37,664 bases of DNA, taken from the sequence record AY264776.1; one strand, given 5' to 3'. Shown here piece by piece: positions 19,682 through 31,300 of the stretch. A program made the position numbers and the translations under genes. Under the pieces are notes generated by a model. It was not told the DNA's origin and did not search any database. It saw only the letters and a list, made by a program, of their open reading frames with translations. This DNA is from Escherichia phage T7. Every line of letters begins with the position of its first letter. Within the stretch, counting starts at the first letter, position 1.

Positions 19682-20605
19682 ATGGCTGAATCTAATGCAG
19701 ACGTATATGCATCTTTTGGCGTGAACTCCGCTGTGATGTCTGGTGGTTCCGTTGAGAAACATGAGCAGAACATGCTGGCTCTTGATGTTGCTGCCCGTGA
19801 TGGCGATGATGCAATCGAGTTAGCGTCAGACGAAGTGGAAACAGAACGTGACCTGTATGACAACTCTGACCCGTTCGGTCAAGAGGATGACGAAGGCCGC
19901 ATTCAGGTTCGTATCGGTGATGGCTCTGAGCCGACCGATGTGAACACTGGAGAAGAAGGCGTTGAGGGCACCGAAGGTTCCGAAGAGTTTACCCCACTGG
20001 GCGAGACTCCAGAAGAACTGGTAGCTGCCTCTGAGCAACTTGGTGAGCACGAAGAGGGCTTCCAAGAGATGCTTAACATTGCTGCTGAGCGTGGCATGAG
20101 TGTCGAGACCATTGAGGCTATCCAGCGTGAGTACGAGGAGAACGAAGAGTTGTCCGCCGAGTCCTACGCTAAGTTGGCTGAAATTGGCTACACGAAGGCT
20201 TTCATTGACTCGTATATCCGTGGTCAAGAAGCTCTGGTGAAGCAGTATGTAAACAGTGTCATTGAGTACGCTGGTGGTCGTGAACGTTTTGATGCACTGT
20301 ATAACCACCTTGAGACGCACAACCCTGAGGCTGCACAGTCGCTGGATAATGCGTTGACCAATCGTGACTTAGCGNCCGTTAAGGCTATCATCAACTTGGC
20401 TGATGAATCTCGCGTTAAGGCGTTCGGTCGTAAGCCAACTCGTAGTGTGACTAATCGTGCTATTCCGGCTAAACCTCAGGTTATCAAGTGTGAAGGCTTT
20501 GCGGACCGTAGCGAGATGATTAAAGCTATGAGTGATCCTCGGTATCGCACAGATGCCAACTATCGTCGTCAAGTCGAACAGAAAGTAATCGATTCGAACT
20601 TCTGA
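19682..20605 (+). CDS. 9: Capsid assembly (scaffolding) protein
   Basis: 307 aa, acidic; N base at 20375. Confidence 0.96.
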   Translation: MAESNADVYASFGVNSAVMSGGSVEKHEQNMLALDVAARDGDDAIELASDEVETERDLYDNSDPFGQEDDEGRIQVRIGDGSEPTDVNTGEEGVEGTEGSEEFTPLGETPEELVAASEQLGEHEEGFQEMLNIAAERGMSVETIEAIQREYEENEELSAESYAKLAEIGYTKAFIDSYIRGQEALVKQYVNSVIEYAGGRERFDALYNHLETHNPEAAQSLDNALTNRDLAXVKAIINLADESRVKAFGRKPTRSVTNRAIPAKPQVIKCEGFADRSEMIKAMSDPRYRTDANYRRQVEQKVIDSNF

Positions 20606-20618
20606 TAGACTTCGAAAT

Positions 20619-20641
20619 TAATACGACTCACTATAGGGAGA
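20619..20641 (+). promoter_or_regulatory. T7 promoter phi10 with gene 10 leader
   Basis: taatacgactcactatagggagaccacaacggtttccctctagaaataattttgtttaactttaagaagga, the leader familiar from T7 expression vectors. Confidence 0.97.
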
Positions 20642-20698
20642 CCACAACGGTTTCCCTCTAGAAATAATTTTGTTTAACTTTAAGAAGGAAATATACAT

Positions 20699-21736
20699 AT
20701 GGCTAGCATGACTGGTGGACAGCAAATGGGTACTAATCAAGGTAAAGGTGTAGTTGCTGCTGGAGATAAACTGGCGTTGTTCTTGAAGATATTTGGCGGT
20801 GAAGTCCTGACTGCGTTCGCTCGTACCTCCGTGACCACTTCTCACCACATGGTACGTTCCATCTCCAGCGGTAAATCCGCTCAGTTCCCTGTTCTGGGTC
20901 GCACTCAGGCAGCGTATCTGGCTCCGGGCGAGAACCTCGACGATAAACGTAAGGACATCAAACACACCGAGAAGGTAATCACCATTGACGGTCTCCTGAC
21001 GGCTGACGTTCTGATTTATGATATTGAGGACGCGATGAACCACTACGACGTTCGCTCTGAGTATACCTCTCAGTTGGGTGAATCTCTGGCGATGGCTGCG
21101 GATGGTGCGGTTCTGGCTGAGATTGCCGGTCTGTGTAACGTGGAAAGCAAATATAATGAGAACATCGAGGGCTTAGGTACTGCTACCGTAATTGAGATCA
21201 CTCAGAACAAGCCCGCACTTACCGACCAAGTTGTGCTGGGTAAGGAGATTATTGCGGCTCTGACTAAGGCTCGTGCGACTCTGACCAAGAACTATGTTCC
21301 GGCTGCTGACCGTGTGTTCTACTGTGACCCAGATAGCTACTCTGCGATTCTGGCAGCACTGATGCCGAACGCAGCAAACTACGCTGCTCTGATTGACCCT
21401 GAGAAGGGTTCTATCCGCAACGTTATGGGCTTTGAGGTTGTAGAAGTTCCGCACCTCACCGCTGGTGGTGCTGGTATTGCTCGTGAGGGCACTACTGGTC
21501 AGAAGCACGTCTTCCCTGCCAATAAAGGTGAGGGTAATGTCAAGGTTGCTAAGGACAACGTTATCGGCCTGTTCATGCACCGCTCTGCGGTAGGTACTGT
21601 TAAGCTGCGTGACTTGGCTCTGGAGCGCGCTCGCCGTGCTAACTTCCAAGCGGACCAGATTATCGCTAAGTACGCAATGGGTCACGGTGGTCTTCGCCCA
21701 GAAGCTGCTGGTGCAGTGGTTTTCAAAGTGGAGTAA
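20699..21736 (+). CDS. 10A: Major capsid protein 10A
   Basis: 345 aa beginning MASMTGGQQMG. Confidence 0.98.
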   Translation: MASMTGGQQMGTNQGKGVVAAGDKLALFLKIFGGEVLTAFARTSVTTSHHMVRSISSGKSAQFPVLGRTQAAYLAPGENLDDKRKDIKHTEKVITIDGLLTADVLIYDIEDAMNHYDVRSEYTSQLGESLAMAADGAVLAEIAGLCNVESKYNENIEGLGTATVIEITQNKPALTDQVVLGKEIIAALTKARATLTKNYVPAADRVFYCDPDSYSAILAALMPNAANYAALIDPEKGSIRNVMGFEVVEVPHLTAGGAGIAREGTTGQKHVFPANKGEGNVKVAKDNVIGLFMHRSAVGTVKLRDLALERARRANFQADQIIAKYAMGHGGLRPEAAGAVVFKVE

Positions 21737-21855
21737 TGCTGGGGGTGGCCTCAACGGTCGCTGCTAGTCCCGAAGAGGCGAGTGTTACTCCAACAGAAGA
21801 AACCTTAACGCCAGCACAGGAGGCCGCACGCACCCGCGCTGCTAACAAAGCCTGA
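20699..21855 (+). CDS. 10B: Minor capsid protein 10B (-1 frameshift near the end of 10A); extension ends early at TGA 21853-21855
   Basis: -1 frame from ~21721 reads FQSGVMLGVASTVAASPEEASVTPTEETLTPAQEAARTRAANKA then TGA; in T7 this frame continues to the TAA at 21892-21894. Confidence 0.6.
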
Positions 21856-21893
21856 AAGGAAGCTGAGTTGGCTGCTGTCACCGCTGAGCAATA

Positions 21894-21942
21894 ACTAGCA
21901 TAACCCCTTGGGGCCTCTAAACGGGTCTTGAGGGGTTTTTTG
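21894..21942 (+). terminator. T7 RNAP terminator Tphi
   Basis: ctagcataaccccttggggcctctaaacgggtcttgaggggttttttg. Confidence 0.97.
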
Positions 21943-21959
21943 CTGAAAGGAGGAACTAT

Positions 21960-22550
21960 ATGCGCTCATACGATATGAACGTTGAGACTGCTGCTGAGTT
22001 ATCAGCTGTGAACGACATTTTGGCGTCTATCGGTGAACCTCCGGTATCAACGCTGGAAGGTGACACTAACGCAGATACAGCGAACGCTCGGCGTATTCTC
22101 AACAAGATTAACCGACAGATTCAATCTCGTGGATGGACGTTCAACATTGAGGAAGGCATAACGCTACTACCTGATGTTTACTCCAACCTGATTGTATACA
22201 GTGACGACTATTTATCCCTAATGTCTACTTCCGGTCAATCCATCTACGTTAACCGAGGTGGCTATGTGTATGACCGAACGAATCAATCAGACCGCTTTGA
22301 CTCTGGTATTACTGTGAACATTATTCGTCTCCGCGACTACGATGAGATGCCTGAGTGCTTCCGTTACTGGATTGTCACCAAGGCTTCTCGTCAGTTCAAC
22401 AACCGATTCTTTGGGGCACCGGAAGTAGAGGGTGTACTTCAAGAAGAGGAAGATGAGGCTAGACGTCTCTGCATGGAGTATGAGATGGACTACGGTGGGT
22501 ACAATATGCTGGATGGAGATGCGTTCACTTCTGGTCTACTGACTCGCTAA
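21960..22550 (+). CDS. 11: Tail tubular protein A
   Basis: 196-aa ORF. Confidence 0.96.
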   Translation: MRSYDMNVETAAELSAVNDILASIGEPPVSTLEGDTNADTANARRILNKINRQIQSRGWTFNIEEGITLLPDVYSNLIVYSDDYLSLMSTSGQSIYVNRGGYVYDRTNQSDRFDSGITVNIIRLRDYDEMPECFRYWIVTKASRQFNNRFFGAPEVEGVLQEEEDEARRLCMEYEMDYGGYNMLDGDAFTSGLLTR

Positions 22551-22573
22551 CATTAATAAATAAGGAGGCTCTA

Positions 22574-24958
22574 ATGGCACTCATTAGCCAATCAATCAAG
22601 AACTTGAAGGGTGGTATCAGCCAACAGCCTGACATCCTTCGTTATCCAGACCAAGGGTCACGCCAAGTTAACGGTTGGTCTTCGGAGACCGAGGGCCTCC
22701 AAAAGCGTCCACCTCTTGTTTTCTTAAATACACTTGGAGACAACGGTGCGTTAGGTCAAGCTCCGTACATCCACCTGATTAACCGAGATGAGCACGAACA
22801 GTATTACGCTGTGTTCACTGGTAGCGGAATCCGAGTGTTCGACCTTTCTGGTAACGAGAAGCAAGTTAGGTATCCTAACGGTTCCAACTACATCAAGACC
22901 GCTAATCCACGTAACGACCTGCGAATGGTTACTGTAGCAGACTATACGTTCATCGTTAACCGTAACATTGTTGCACAGAAGAACACAAAGTCTGTCAACT
23001 TACCGAATTACAACCCTAATCAAGACGGATTGATTAACGTTCGTGGTGGTCAGTATGGTAGGGAACTAATTGTACACATTAACGGTAAAGACGTTGCGAA
23101 GTATAAAATACCAGATGGTAGTCAACCTGAACACGTAAACAATACGGATGCCCAATGGTTAGCTGAAGAGTTAGCCAAGCAGATGCGCACTAACTTGTCT
23201 GATTGGACTGTAAATGTAGGGCAAGGGTTCATTCATGTGACCGCACCTAGTGGTCAACAGATTGACTCCTTCACGACTAAAGATGGCTACGCAGACCAAT
23301 TGATTAACCCTGTGACCCACTACGCTCAGTCGTTCTCTAAGCTGCCACCTAATGCTCCTAACGGCTACATGGTGAAAATCGTAGGGGACGCTTCTAAGTC
23401 TGCCGACCAGTATTACGTTCGGTATGACGCTGAGCGGAAAGTTTGGACTGAGACTTTAGGTTGGAACACTGAGGACCAAGTTCTATGGGAAACCATGCCA
23501 CACGCTCTTGTGCGAGCCGCTGACGGTAATTTCGACTTCAAGTGGCTTGAGTGGTCTCCTAAGTCTTGTGGTGACGTTGACACCAATCCTTGGCCTTCTT
23601 TTGTTGGTTCAAGTATTAACGATGTGTTCTTCTTCCGTAACCGCTTAGGATTCCTTAGTGGGGAGAACATCATATTGAGTCGTACAGCCAAATACTTCAA
23701 CTTCTACCCTGCGTCCATTGCGAACCTTAGTGATGACGACCCTATAGACGTAGCTGTGAGTACCAACCGAATAGCAATCCTTAAGTACGCCGTTCCGTTC
23801 TCAGAAGAGTTACTCATCTGGTCCGATGAAGCACAATTCGTCTTGACTGCCTCGGGTACTCTCACATCTAAGTCGGTTGAGTTGAACCTAACGACCCAGT
23901 TTGACGTACAGGACCGAGCGAGACCTTTTGGGATTGGACGTAATGTCTACTTTGCTAGTCCGAGGTCCAGCTTCACGTCCATCCACAGGTACTACGCTGT
24001 GCAGGATGTCAGTTCCGTTAAGAATGCTGAGGACATTACATCACACGTTCCTAACTACATCCCTAATGGTGTGTTCAGTATTTGCGGAAGTGGTACGGAA
24101 AACTTCTGTTCGGTACTATCTCACGGGAACCCTAGTAAAATCTTCATGTACAAATTCCTGTACCTGAACGAAGAGTTAAGGCAACAGTCGTGGTCTCATT
24201 GGGACTTTGGGGAAAACGTACAGGTTCTAGCTTGTCAGAGTATCAGCTCAGATATGTATGTGGTTCTTCGTAATGAGTTCAATACGTTTCTAGCTAGAAT
24301 CTCTTTCACTAAGAACGCCATTGACTTACAGGGAGAACCCTATCGTGCCTTTATGGACATGAAGATTCGATACACGATTCCTAGTGGAACATACAACGAT
24401 GACACATTCACTACCTCTATTCATATTCCAACAATTTATGGTGCAAACTTCGGGAGGGGCAAAATCACTGTATTGGAGCCTGATGGTAAGATAACCGTGT
24501 TTGAGCAACCTACGGCTGGGTGGAATAGCGACCCTTGGCTGAGACTCAGCGGTAACTTGGAGGGACGCATGGTGTACATTGGGTTCAACATTAACTTCGT
24601 ATATGAGTTCTCTAAGTTTCTCATCAAGCAGACTGCCGACGACGGGTCTACTTCCACGGAAGACATTGGGCGCTTACAGTTACGCCGAGCGTGGATTAAC
24701 TACGAGAACTCTGGTACGTTTGACATTTATGTTGAGAACCAATCGTCTAACTGGAAGTACACAATGGCTGGTGCCCGATTAGGCTCTAACACTCTGAGGG
24801 CTGGGAGACTGAACTTAGGGACCGGACAATATCGATTTCCTGTGGTTGGTAACGCCAAGTTCAACACTGTATACATCTTGTCAGATGAGACTACCCCTCT
24901 GAACATCATTGGGTGTGGCTGGGAAGGTAACTACTTACGGAGAAGTTCCGGTATTTAA
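22574..24958 (+). CDS. 12: Tail tubular protein B
   Basis: 794-aa ORF. Confidence 0.96.
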   Translation: MALISQSIKNLKGGISQQPDILRYPDQGSRQVNGWSSETEGLQKRPPLVFLNTLGDNGALGQAPYIHLINRDEHEQYYAVFTGSGIRVFDLSGNEKQVRYPNGSNYIKTANPRNDLRMVTVADYTFIVNRNIVAQKNTKSVNLPNYNPNQDGLINVRGGQYGRELIVHINGKDVAKYKIPDGSQPEHVNNTDAQWLAEELAKQMRTNLSDWTVNVGQGFIHVTAPSGQQIDSFTTKDGYADQLINPVTHYAQSFSKLPPNAPNGYMVKIVGDASKSADQYYVRYDAERKVWTETLGWNTEDQVLWETMPHALVRAADGNFDFKWLEWSPKSCGDVDTNPWPSFVGSSINDVFFFRNRLGFLSGENIILSRTAKYFNFYPASIANLSDDDPIDVAVSTNRIAILKYAVPFSEELLIWSDEAQFVLTASGTLTSKSVELNLTTQFDVQDRARPFGIGRNVYFASPRSSFTSIHRYYAVQDVSSVKNAEDITSHVPNYIPNGVFSICGSGTENFCSVLSHGNPSKIFMYKFLYLNEELRQQSWSHWDFGENVQVLACQSISSDMYVVLRNEFNTFLARISFTKNAIDLQGEPYRAFMDMKIRYTIPSGTYNDDTFTTSIHIPTIYGANFGRGKITVLEPDGKITVFEQPTAGWNSDPWLRLSGNLEGRMVYIGFNINFVYEFSKFLIKQTADDGSTSTEDIGRLQLRRAWINYENSGTFDIYVENQSSNWKYTMAGARLGSNTLRAGRLNLGTGQYRFPVVGNAKFNTVYILSDETTPLNIIGCGWEGNYLRRSSGI

Positions 24959-24988
24959 TTAAATATTCTCCCTGTGGTGGCTCGAAAT

Positions 24989-25011
24989 TAATACGACTCA
25001 CTATAGGGAGA
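24989..25011 (+). promoter_or_regulatory. T7 promoter phi13
   Basis: taatacgactcactatagggaga. Confidence 0.95.
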
Positions 25012-25038
25012 ACAATACGACTACGGGAGAGTTTTCTT

Positions 25039-25455
25039 ATGATGACTATAAGACCTACTAAAAGTACAGACTTTGAGGTATTCACTCCGACTCATCATGA
25101 CATTCTTGAAGCTAAGGCTGCTGGTATTGAGCCGAGTTTCCCTGATGCTTCCGAATGTGTCACGTTGAGCCTCTATGGGTTCCCTCTAGCTATCGGTGGT
25201 AACTGCGGGGACCAGTGCTGGTTCGTTACGAGCGACCAAGTGTGGCGACTTAGTGGAAAGGCTAAGCGAAAGTTCCGTAAGTTAATCATGGAGTATCGCG
25301 ATAAGATGCTTGAGAAGTATGATACTCTTTGGAATTACGTATGGGTAGGTAATACGTCCCACATTCGTTTCCTCAAGACTATCGGTGCGGTATTCCATGA
25401 AGAGTACACACGAGATGGTCAATTTCAGTTATTTACAATCACGAAAGGAGGATAA
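25039..25455 (+). CDS. 13: Internal virion protein gp13
   Basis: 138-aa ORF. Confidence 0.93.
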   Translation: MMTIRPTKSTDFEVFTPTHHDILEAKAAGIEPSFPDASECVTLSLYGFPLAIGGNCGDQCWFVTSDQVWRLSGKAKRKFRKLIMEYRDKMLEKYDTLWNYVWVGNTSHIRFLKTIGAVFHEEYTRDGQFQLFTITKGG

Positions 25456-25459
25456 CCAT

Positions 25460-26050
25460 ATGTGTTGGGCAGCCGCAATACCTATCGCTATATCTGGCGC
25501 TCAGGCTATCAGTGGTCAGAACACTCAAGCCAAAATGATTGCCGTTCAGACCGCTGCTGGTCGTCGTCAAGCTATGGAAATCATGAGGCAGACGAACATC
25601 CAGAATGCTGACCTATCGTTGCAAGCTCGAAGTAACCTTGAGAAAGCGTCCGCCGAGTTGACCTCACAGAACATGCANAAGGTCCAAGCTATTGGGTCTA
25701 TCCGAGCGGCTATCGGAGAAAGTATGCTTGAAGGTTCCTCAATGGACCGTATTAAGCGAGTCACAGAAGGACAGTTCATTCGGGAAGCCAATATGGTAAC
25801 TGAGAACTATCGCCGTGACTACCAAGCAATCTTCGTACAGCAACTTGGTGGTACTCAAAGTGCTGCAAGTCAGATTGACGAAATCTATAAGAGCGAACAG
25901 AAACAGAAGAGTAAGCTACAGATGGTTCTGGACCCACTGGCTATCATGGGGTCTTCCGCTGCGAGTGCTTACGCATCCGATGCGTTCGACTCTAAGTTCA
26001 CAACTAAGGCACCTATTGTTGCCGCTAAAGGAACCAAGACGGGGAGGTAA
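25460..26050 (+). CDS. 14: Internal core protein gp14
   Basis: 196 aa from ATG 25460 (MCWAAAIPIAISGAQ...); N base at 25678. Confidence 0.93.
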   Translation: MCWAAAIPIAISGAQAISGQNTQAKMIAVQTAAGRRQAMEIMRQTNIQNADLSLQARSNLEKASAELTSQNMXKVQAIGSIRAAIGESMLEGSSMDRIKRVTEGQFIREANMVTENYRRDYQAIFVQQLGGTQSAASQIDEIYKSEQKQKSKLQMVLDPLAIMGSSAASAYASDAFDSKFTTKAPIVAAKGTKTGR

Positions 26051-26056
26051 TGAGCT

Positions 26057-28300
26057 ATGAGTAAAATTGAATCTGCTCTTCAAGCGACACAACCGGGACT
26101 CTCTCGGTTACGTGGTGGTGCTGGAGGTATGGGCTATCGTGCAGCAACCACTCAGACCGAACAGCCAAGGTCAAGCCTATTGGACATCATTGGTCGGTTC
26201 GCTAAGGCTGGTGCCGATATGTATACCGCTAAGGAGCAACGAGCACGAGACCTAGCTGATGAACGCTCTAACGAGATTATCCGTAAGCTGACCCCTGAGC
26301 AACGTCGAGAAGCTCTCAACAACGGGACCCTTCTGTATCAGGATGACCCATACGCTATGGAAGCACTCCGAGTCAAGACTGGTCGTAACGCTGCGTATCT
26401 TGTGGACGATGACGTTATGCAAAAGATAAAAGAGGGTGTCTTCCGTACTCGCGAAGAGATGGAAAAGTATCGCCATAGTCGCCTTCAAAAAGGCGCTAAG
26501 GAATACGCTGAGCAGTTCGGCATCGACCCTGAGGACGTTGATTATCAGCGTGGTTTCAACGAGGACATTACCGAGCGTAACATCTCGCTGTATGGTGCGC
26601 ATGATAACTTCTTGAGCCAGCAAGCTCAGAAGGGCGCTATCATGAACAGCCGAGTGGAACTCAACGGTGTCCTTCAAGACCCTGATATGCTGCGTCGTCC
26701 AGATTCTGCTGACTTCTTTGAGAAGTATATCGACAACGGTCTGGTTACTGGCGCAATCCCATCTGATGCTCAAGCCACACAGCTTATAAGCCAAGCGTTC
26801 AGTGACGCTTCTAGCCGTGCTGGTGGTGCTGACTTCCTGATGCGAGTCGGTGACAAGAAGGTAACACTTAACGGAGCCACTACGACTTACCGAGAGTTGA
26901 TTGGTGAGGAACAGTGGAACGCTCTCATGGTCACAGCACAACGTTCTCAGTTTGAGACTGACGCGAAGCTGAACGAGCAGTATCGCTTGAAGATTAATTC
27001 TGCGCTGAACCAAGAGGACCCAAGGACAGCTTGGGAGATGCTTCAAGGTATCAAGGCTGAACTAGATAAGGTCCAACCTGATGAGCAGATGACACCACAA
27101 CGTGAGTGGCTAATCTCCGCACAGGAACAAGTTCAGAATCAGATGAATGCATGGACGAAAGCTCAGGCTAAGGCTCTGGACGATTCCATGAAATCAATGA
27201 ACAAACTTGACGTAATCGACAAGCAATTCCAGAAGCGAATCAACGGTGAGTGGGTCTCAACGGATTTTAAGGATATGCCAGTCAACGAGAACACTGGTGA
27301 GTTCAAACATAGCGATATGGTTAACTACGCCAATAAGAAGCTCGCTGAGATTGACAGTATGGACATTCCAGACGGTGCCAAGGATGCTATGAAGTTGAAG
27401 TACCTTCAAGCGGACTCTAAGGACGGAGCATTTCGTACAGCCATCGGAACCATGGTCACTGACGCTGGTCAAGAGTGGTCTGCCGCTGTGATTAACGGTA
27501 AGTTACCAGAACGAACCCCAGCTATGGATGCTTTGCGCAGAATTCGCAATGCTGACCCTCAGTTGATTGCTGCGCTATACCCAGACCAAGCTGAGCTATT
27601 CCTGACGATGGACATGATGGACAAGCAGAGTATTGACCCTCAGGTTATTCTTGATGCCGACCGACTGACTGTTAAGCGGTCCAAAGAGCAACGCTTTGAG
27701 GATGATAAAGCATTCGAGTCTGCACTGAATGCATCTAAGGCTCCTGAGATTGCCCGTATGCCAGCGTCACTGCGCGAATCTGCACGTAAGATTTATGACT
27801 CCGTTAAGTATCGCTCGGGGAACGAAAGCATGGCTATGGAGCAGATGACCAAGTTCCTTAAGGAATCTACCTACACGTTCACTGGTGATGATGTTGACGG
27901 TGATACCGTTGGTGTGATTCCTAAGAATATGATGCAGGTTAACTCTGACCCGAAATCATGGGAGCAAGGTCGGGATATTCTGGAGGAAGCACGTAAGAAA
28001 ATCATTGCGAGCAACCCTTGGATAACCAATAAGCAACTGACCATGTATTCTCAAGGTGACTCCATTTACCTTATGGACACCACAGGTCAAGTCAGAGTCC
28101 GATACGACAAAGAGTTACTCTCGAAGGTCTGGAATGAGAACCAGAAGAAACTCGAAGAGAAAGCTTGTGAGAAGGCTCTGGCTGATGTGAACAAGCGAGC
28201 ACCTATAGTTGCCGCTACGAAGGCCCGTGAAGCTGCTGCTAAACGAGTCCGAGAGAAACGTAAACAGACTCCTAAGTTCATCTACGAACGTAAGGAGTAA
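26057..28300 (+). CDS. 15: Internal core protein gp15
   Basis: 747-aa ORF. Confidence 0.96.
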   Translation: MSKIESALQATQPGLSRLRGGAGGMGYRAATTQTEQPRSSLLDIIGRFAKAGADMYTAKEQRARDLADERSNEIIRKLTPEQRREALNNGTLLYQDDPYAMEALRVKTGRNAAYLVDDDVMQKIKEGVFRTREEMEKYRHSRLQKGAKEYAEQFGIDPEDVDYQRGFNEDITERNISLYGAHDNFLSQQAQKGAIMNSRVELNGVLQDPDMLRRPDSADFFEKYIDNGLVTGAIPSDAQATQLISQAFSDASSRAGGADFLMRVGDKKVTLNGATTTYRELIGEEQWNALMVTAQRSQFETDAKLNEQYRLKINSALNQEDPRTAWEMLQGIKAELDKVQPDEQMTPQREWLISAQEQVQNQMNAWTKAQAKALDDSMKSMNKLDVIDKQFQKRINGEWVSTDFKDMPVNENTGEFKHSDMVNYANKKLAEIDSMDIPDGAKDAMKLKYLQADSKDGAFRTAIGTMVTDAGQEWSAAVINGKLPERTPAMDALRRIRNADPQLIAALYPDQAELFLTMDMMDKQSIDPQVILDADRLTVKRSKEQRFEDDKAFESALNASKAPEIARMPASLRESARKIYDSVKYRSGNESMAMEQMTKFLKESTYTFTGDDVDGDTVGVIPKNMMQVNSDPKSWEQGRDILEEARKKIIASNPWITNKQLTMYSQGDSIYLMDTTGQVRVRYDKELLSKVWNENQKKLEEKACEKALADVNKRAPIVAATKAREAAAKRVREKRKQTPKFIYERKE

Positions 28301-28326
28301 CTAAAGGCTACATAAGGAGGCCCTAA

Positions 28327-31300
28327 ATGGATAAGTACGATAAGAACGTACCAAGTGATTATGATGGTCTGTTCCAAAAGGCTGCTGATGCCAACGGGGT
28401 CTCTTATGACCTTTTACGTAAAATCGCTTGGACAGAATCACGATTTGTGCATACAGCAAAATCTAAGACTGGACCATTAGGCATGATGCAATTTACCAAG
28501 GCAACCGCTAAGGCCCTCGGTCTGCGAGTTACCGATGGTCCAGACGATGACCGACTGAACCCTGAGTTAGCTATTAATGCTGCCGCTAAGCAACTTGCAG
28601 GTCTGGTAGAGAAATTTGATGGCGATGAACTCAAAGCTGCCCTTGCGTACAACCAAGGCGAAGGACGCTTGGGTAATCCACAACTTGAGGCGTACTCTAA
28701 GGGAGACTTCGCATCAATCTCTGAGGAGGGACGTAACTACATGCGTAACCTTCTGGATGTTGTTAAGTCACCTATGGCTGGACAGTTGGAAACTTTTGGT
28801 GGCATAACCCCAAAGGGTAAAGGCATTCCGGCTGAGGTAGGATTGGCTGGAATTGGTCACAAGCAGAAAGTAACACAGGAACTTCCTGAGTCCACAAGTT
28901 TTGACGTTAAGGGTATCGAACAGGAGGCTACGGCGAAACCATTCGCCAAGGACTTTTGGGAGACCCACGGAGAAACACTTGACGAGTACAACAGTCGTTC
29001 AACCTTTTTCGGATTCAAAAATGCTGCCGAAGCTGAACTCTCCAACTCAGTCGCTGGGATGGCTTTCCGTGCTGGTCGTCTCGATAATGGTTTTGATGTG
29101 TTTAAAGATTCCATTACGCCGACTCGCTGGAACTCTCACATCTGGACTCCAGAGGAGTTAGAGAAGATTCGAACAGAGGTTAAGAACCTTGCGTACATCA
29201 ACGTTGTAACTGGTGGTTCCCCTGAGAACCTCGATGACCTCATTAAATTGGCTAACGAGAACTTTGAGAATGACTCCCGCGCTGCCGAGGCTGGCCTAGG
29301 TGCCAAACTGAGTGCTGGTATTATTGGTGCTGGTGTGGACCCGCTTAGCTATGTTCCTATGGTCGGTGTCACTGGTAAGGGCTTTAAGTTAATCAATAAG
29401 GCTCTTGTAGTTGGTGCCGAAAGTGCTGCTCTGAACGTTGCATCCGAAGGTCTCCGTACCTCCGTAGCTGGTGGTGACGCAGACTATGCGGGTGCTGTCT
29501 TAGGTGGCTTTGTGTTTGGCGCAGGCATGTCTGCAATCAGTGACGCTGTAGCTGCTGGACTGAAACGCAATAAACCAGAAGCTGAGTTCGACAATGAGTT
29601 CATCGGTCCTATGATGCGATTGGAAGCCCGTGAGACAGCACGAAACGCCAACTCTGCGGACCTCTCTCGGATGAACACTGAGAATATGAAGTTTGAAGGT
29701 GAACATAATGGTGTCCCTTATGAGGACTTACCAACAGAGAGAGGTGCCGTGGTGTTACATGATGGCTCCGTTCTAAGTGCAAGCAACCCAATCAACCCTA
29801 AGACTCTAAAAGAGTTCTCCGAGGTTGACCCTGAGAAGGCTGCACGAGGAATCAAACTGGCTGGGTTCACCGAGATTGGCTTGAAGACCTTGGGGTCTGA
29901 CGATACTGACATCCGTAGAGTGGCTATCGACCTCGTTCGCTCTCCTACTGGTATGCAGTCTGGTGCCTCAGGTAAGTTCGGTGCAACAGCTTCTGACATC
30001 CATGAGAGACTTCATGGTACTGACCAGCGTACTTATAATGATTTGTACAAAGCAATGTCTGACGCTATGAAAGACCCTGAGTTCTCTACTGGCGGCGTTA
30101 AGATGTCCCGTGAAGAAATTCGATACACTATCTACCGTAGAGCGGCACTAGCTATTGAGCGTCCAGAACTACAGAAGGCACTTACTCCGTCTGAGAGAAT
30201 CGTTATGTACATCATTAAGCGTCACTTTGACACCAAGCGTGAACTTATGGAAAACCCAGCAATATTCGGTAACACAAAGGCTGTGAGTATCTTCCCTGAG
30301 AGTCGCCACAAAGGTACTTACGTTCCTCACGTATATGATCGTCATGCCAAGGCGCTGATGATTCAACGCTACGGTGCCGAAGGTTTGCAGGAAGGGATTG
30401 CCCGCTCATGGATGAACAGCTACGTCTCCAGACCTGAGGTCAAGGCCAGAGTCGATGAGATGCTTAAGGAATTACACGGGGTGAAGGAAGTAACACCAGA
30501 GATGGTAGAGAAGTACGCTATGGATAAGGCTTATGGTATCTCCCACTCAGACCAGTTCACCAACAGTTCCATAATAGAAGAGAACATTGAGGGCTTAGTA
30601 GGTATCGAGAATAACTCATTCCTTGAGGCACGTAACTTGTTTGATTCGGACCTATCCATCACTATGCCAGACGGACAGCAATTCTCAGTGAATGACCTAA
30701 GGGACTTCGATATGTTCCGCATCATGCCAGCGTATGACCGCCGTGTCAATGGTGACATCGCCATCATGGGGTCTACTGGTAAAACCACTAAGGAACTTAA
30801 GGATGAGATTTTGACTCTCAAAGCAAAAGCTGAGGGAGACGGTAAGAAGACTGGCGAGGTACATGCTTTAATGGATACCGTTAAGATTCTTACTGGTCGT
30901 GCTAGACGCAATCAGGACACTGTGTGGGAAACCTCACTGCGTGCCATCAATGACCTAGGGTTCTTCGCTAAGAACGCCTACATGGGTGCTCAGAACATTA
31001 CGGAGATTGCTGGGATGATTGTCACTGGTAACGTTCGTGCTCTAGGGCATGGTATCCCAATTCTGCGTGATACACTCTACAAGTCTAAACCAGTTTCAGC
31101 TAAGGAACTCAAGGAACTCCATGCGTCTCTGTTCGGGAAGGAGGTGGACCAGTTGATTCGGCCTAAACGTGCTGACATTGTGCAGCGCCTAAGGGAAGCA
31201 ACTGATACCGGACCTGCCGTGGCGAACATCGTAGGGACCTTGAAGTATTCAACACAGGAACTGGCTGCTCGCTCTCCGTGGACTAAGCTACTGAACGGAA

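Noticed and set aside
20619-21942. Expression-vector-like sequence (T7 promoter, gene 10 leader, T7-tag MASMTGGQQMG, T7 terminator), suggesting cloning-vector contamination
   Set aside because: These elements sit in their native context around a complete gene 10, between genes 9 and 11. Expression vectors borrowed them from T7, not the other way round.
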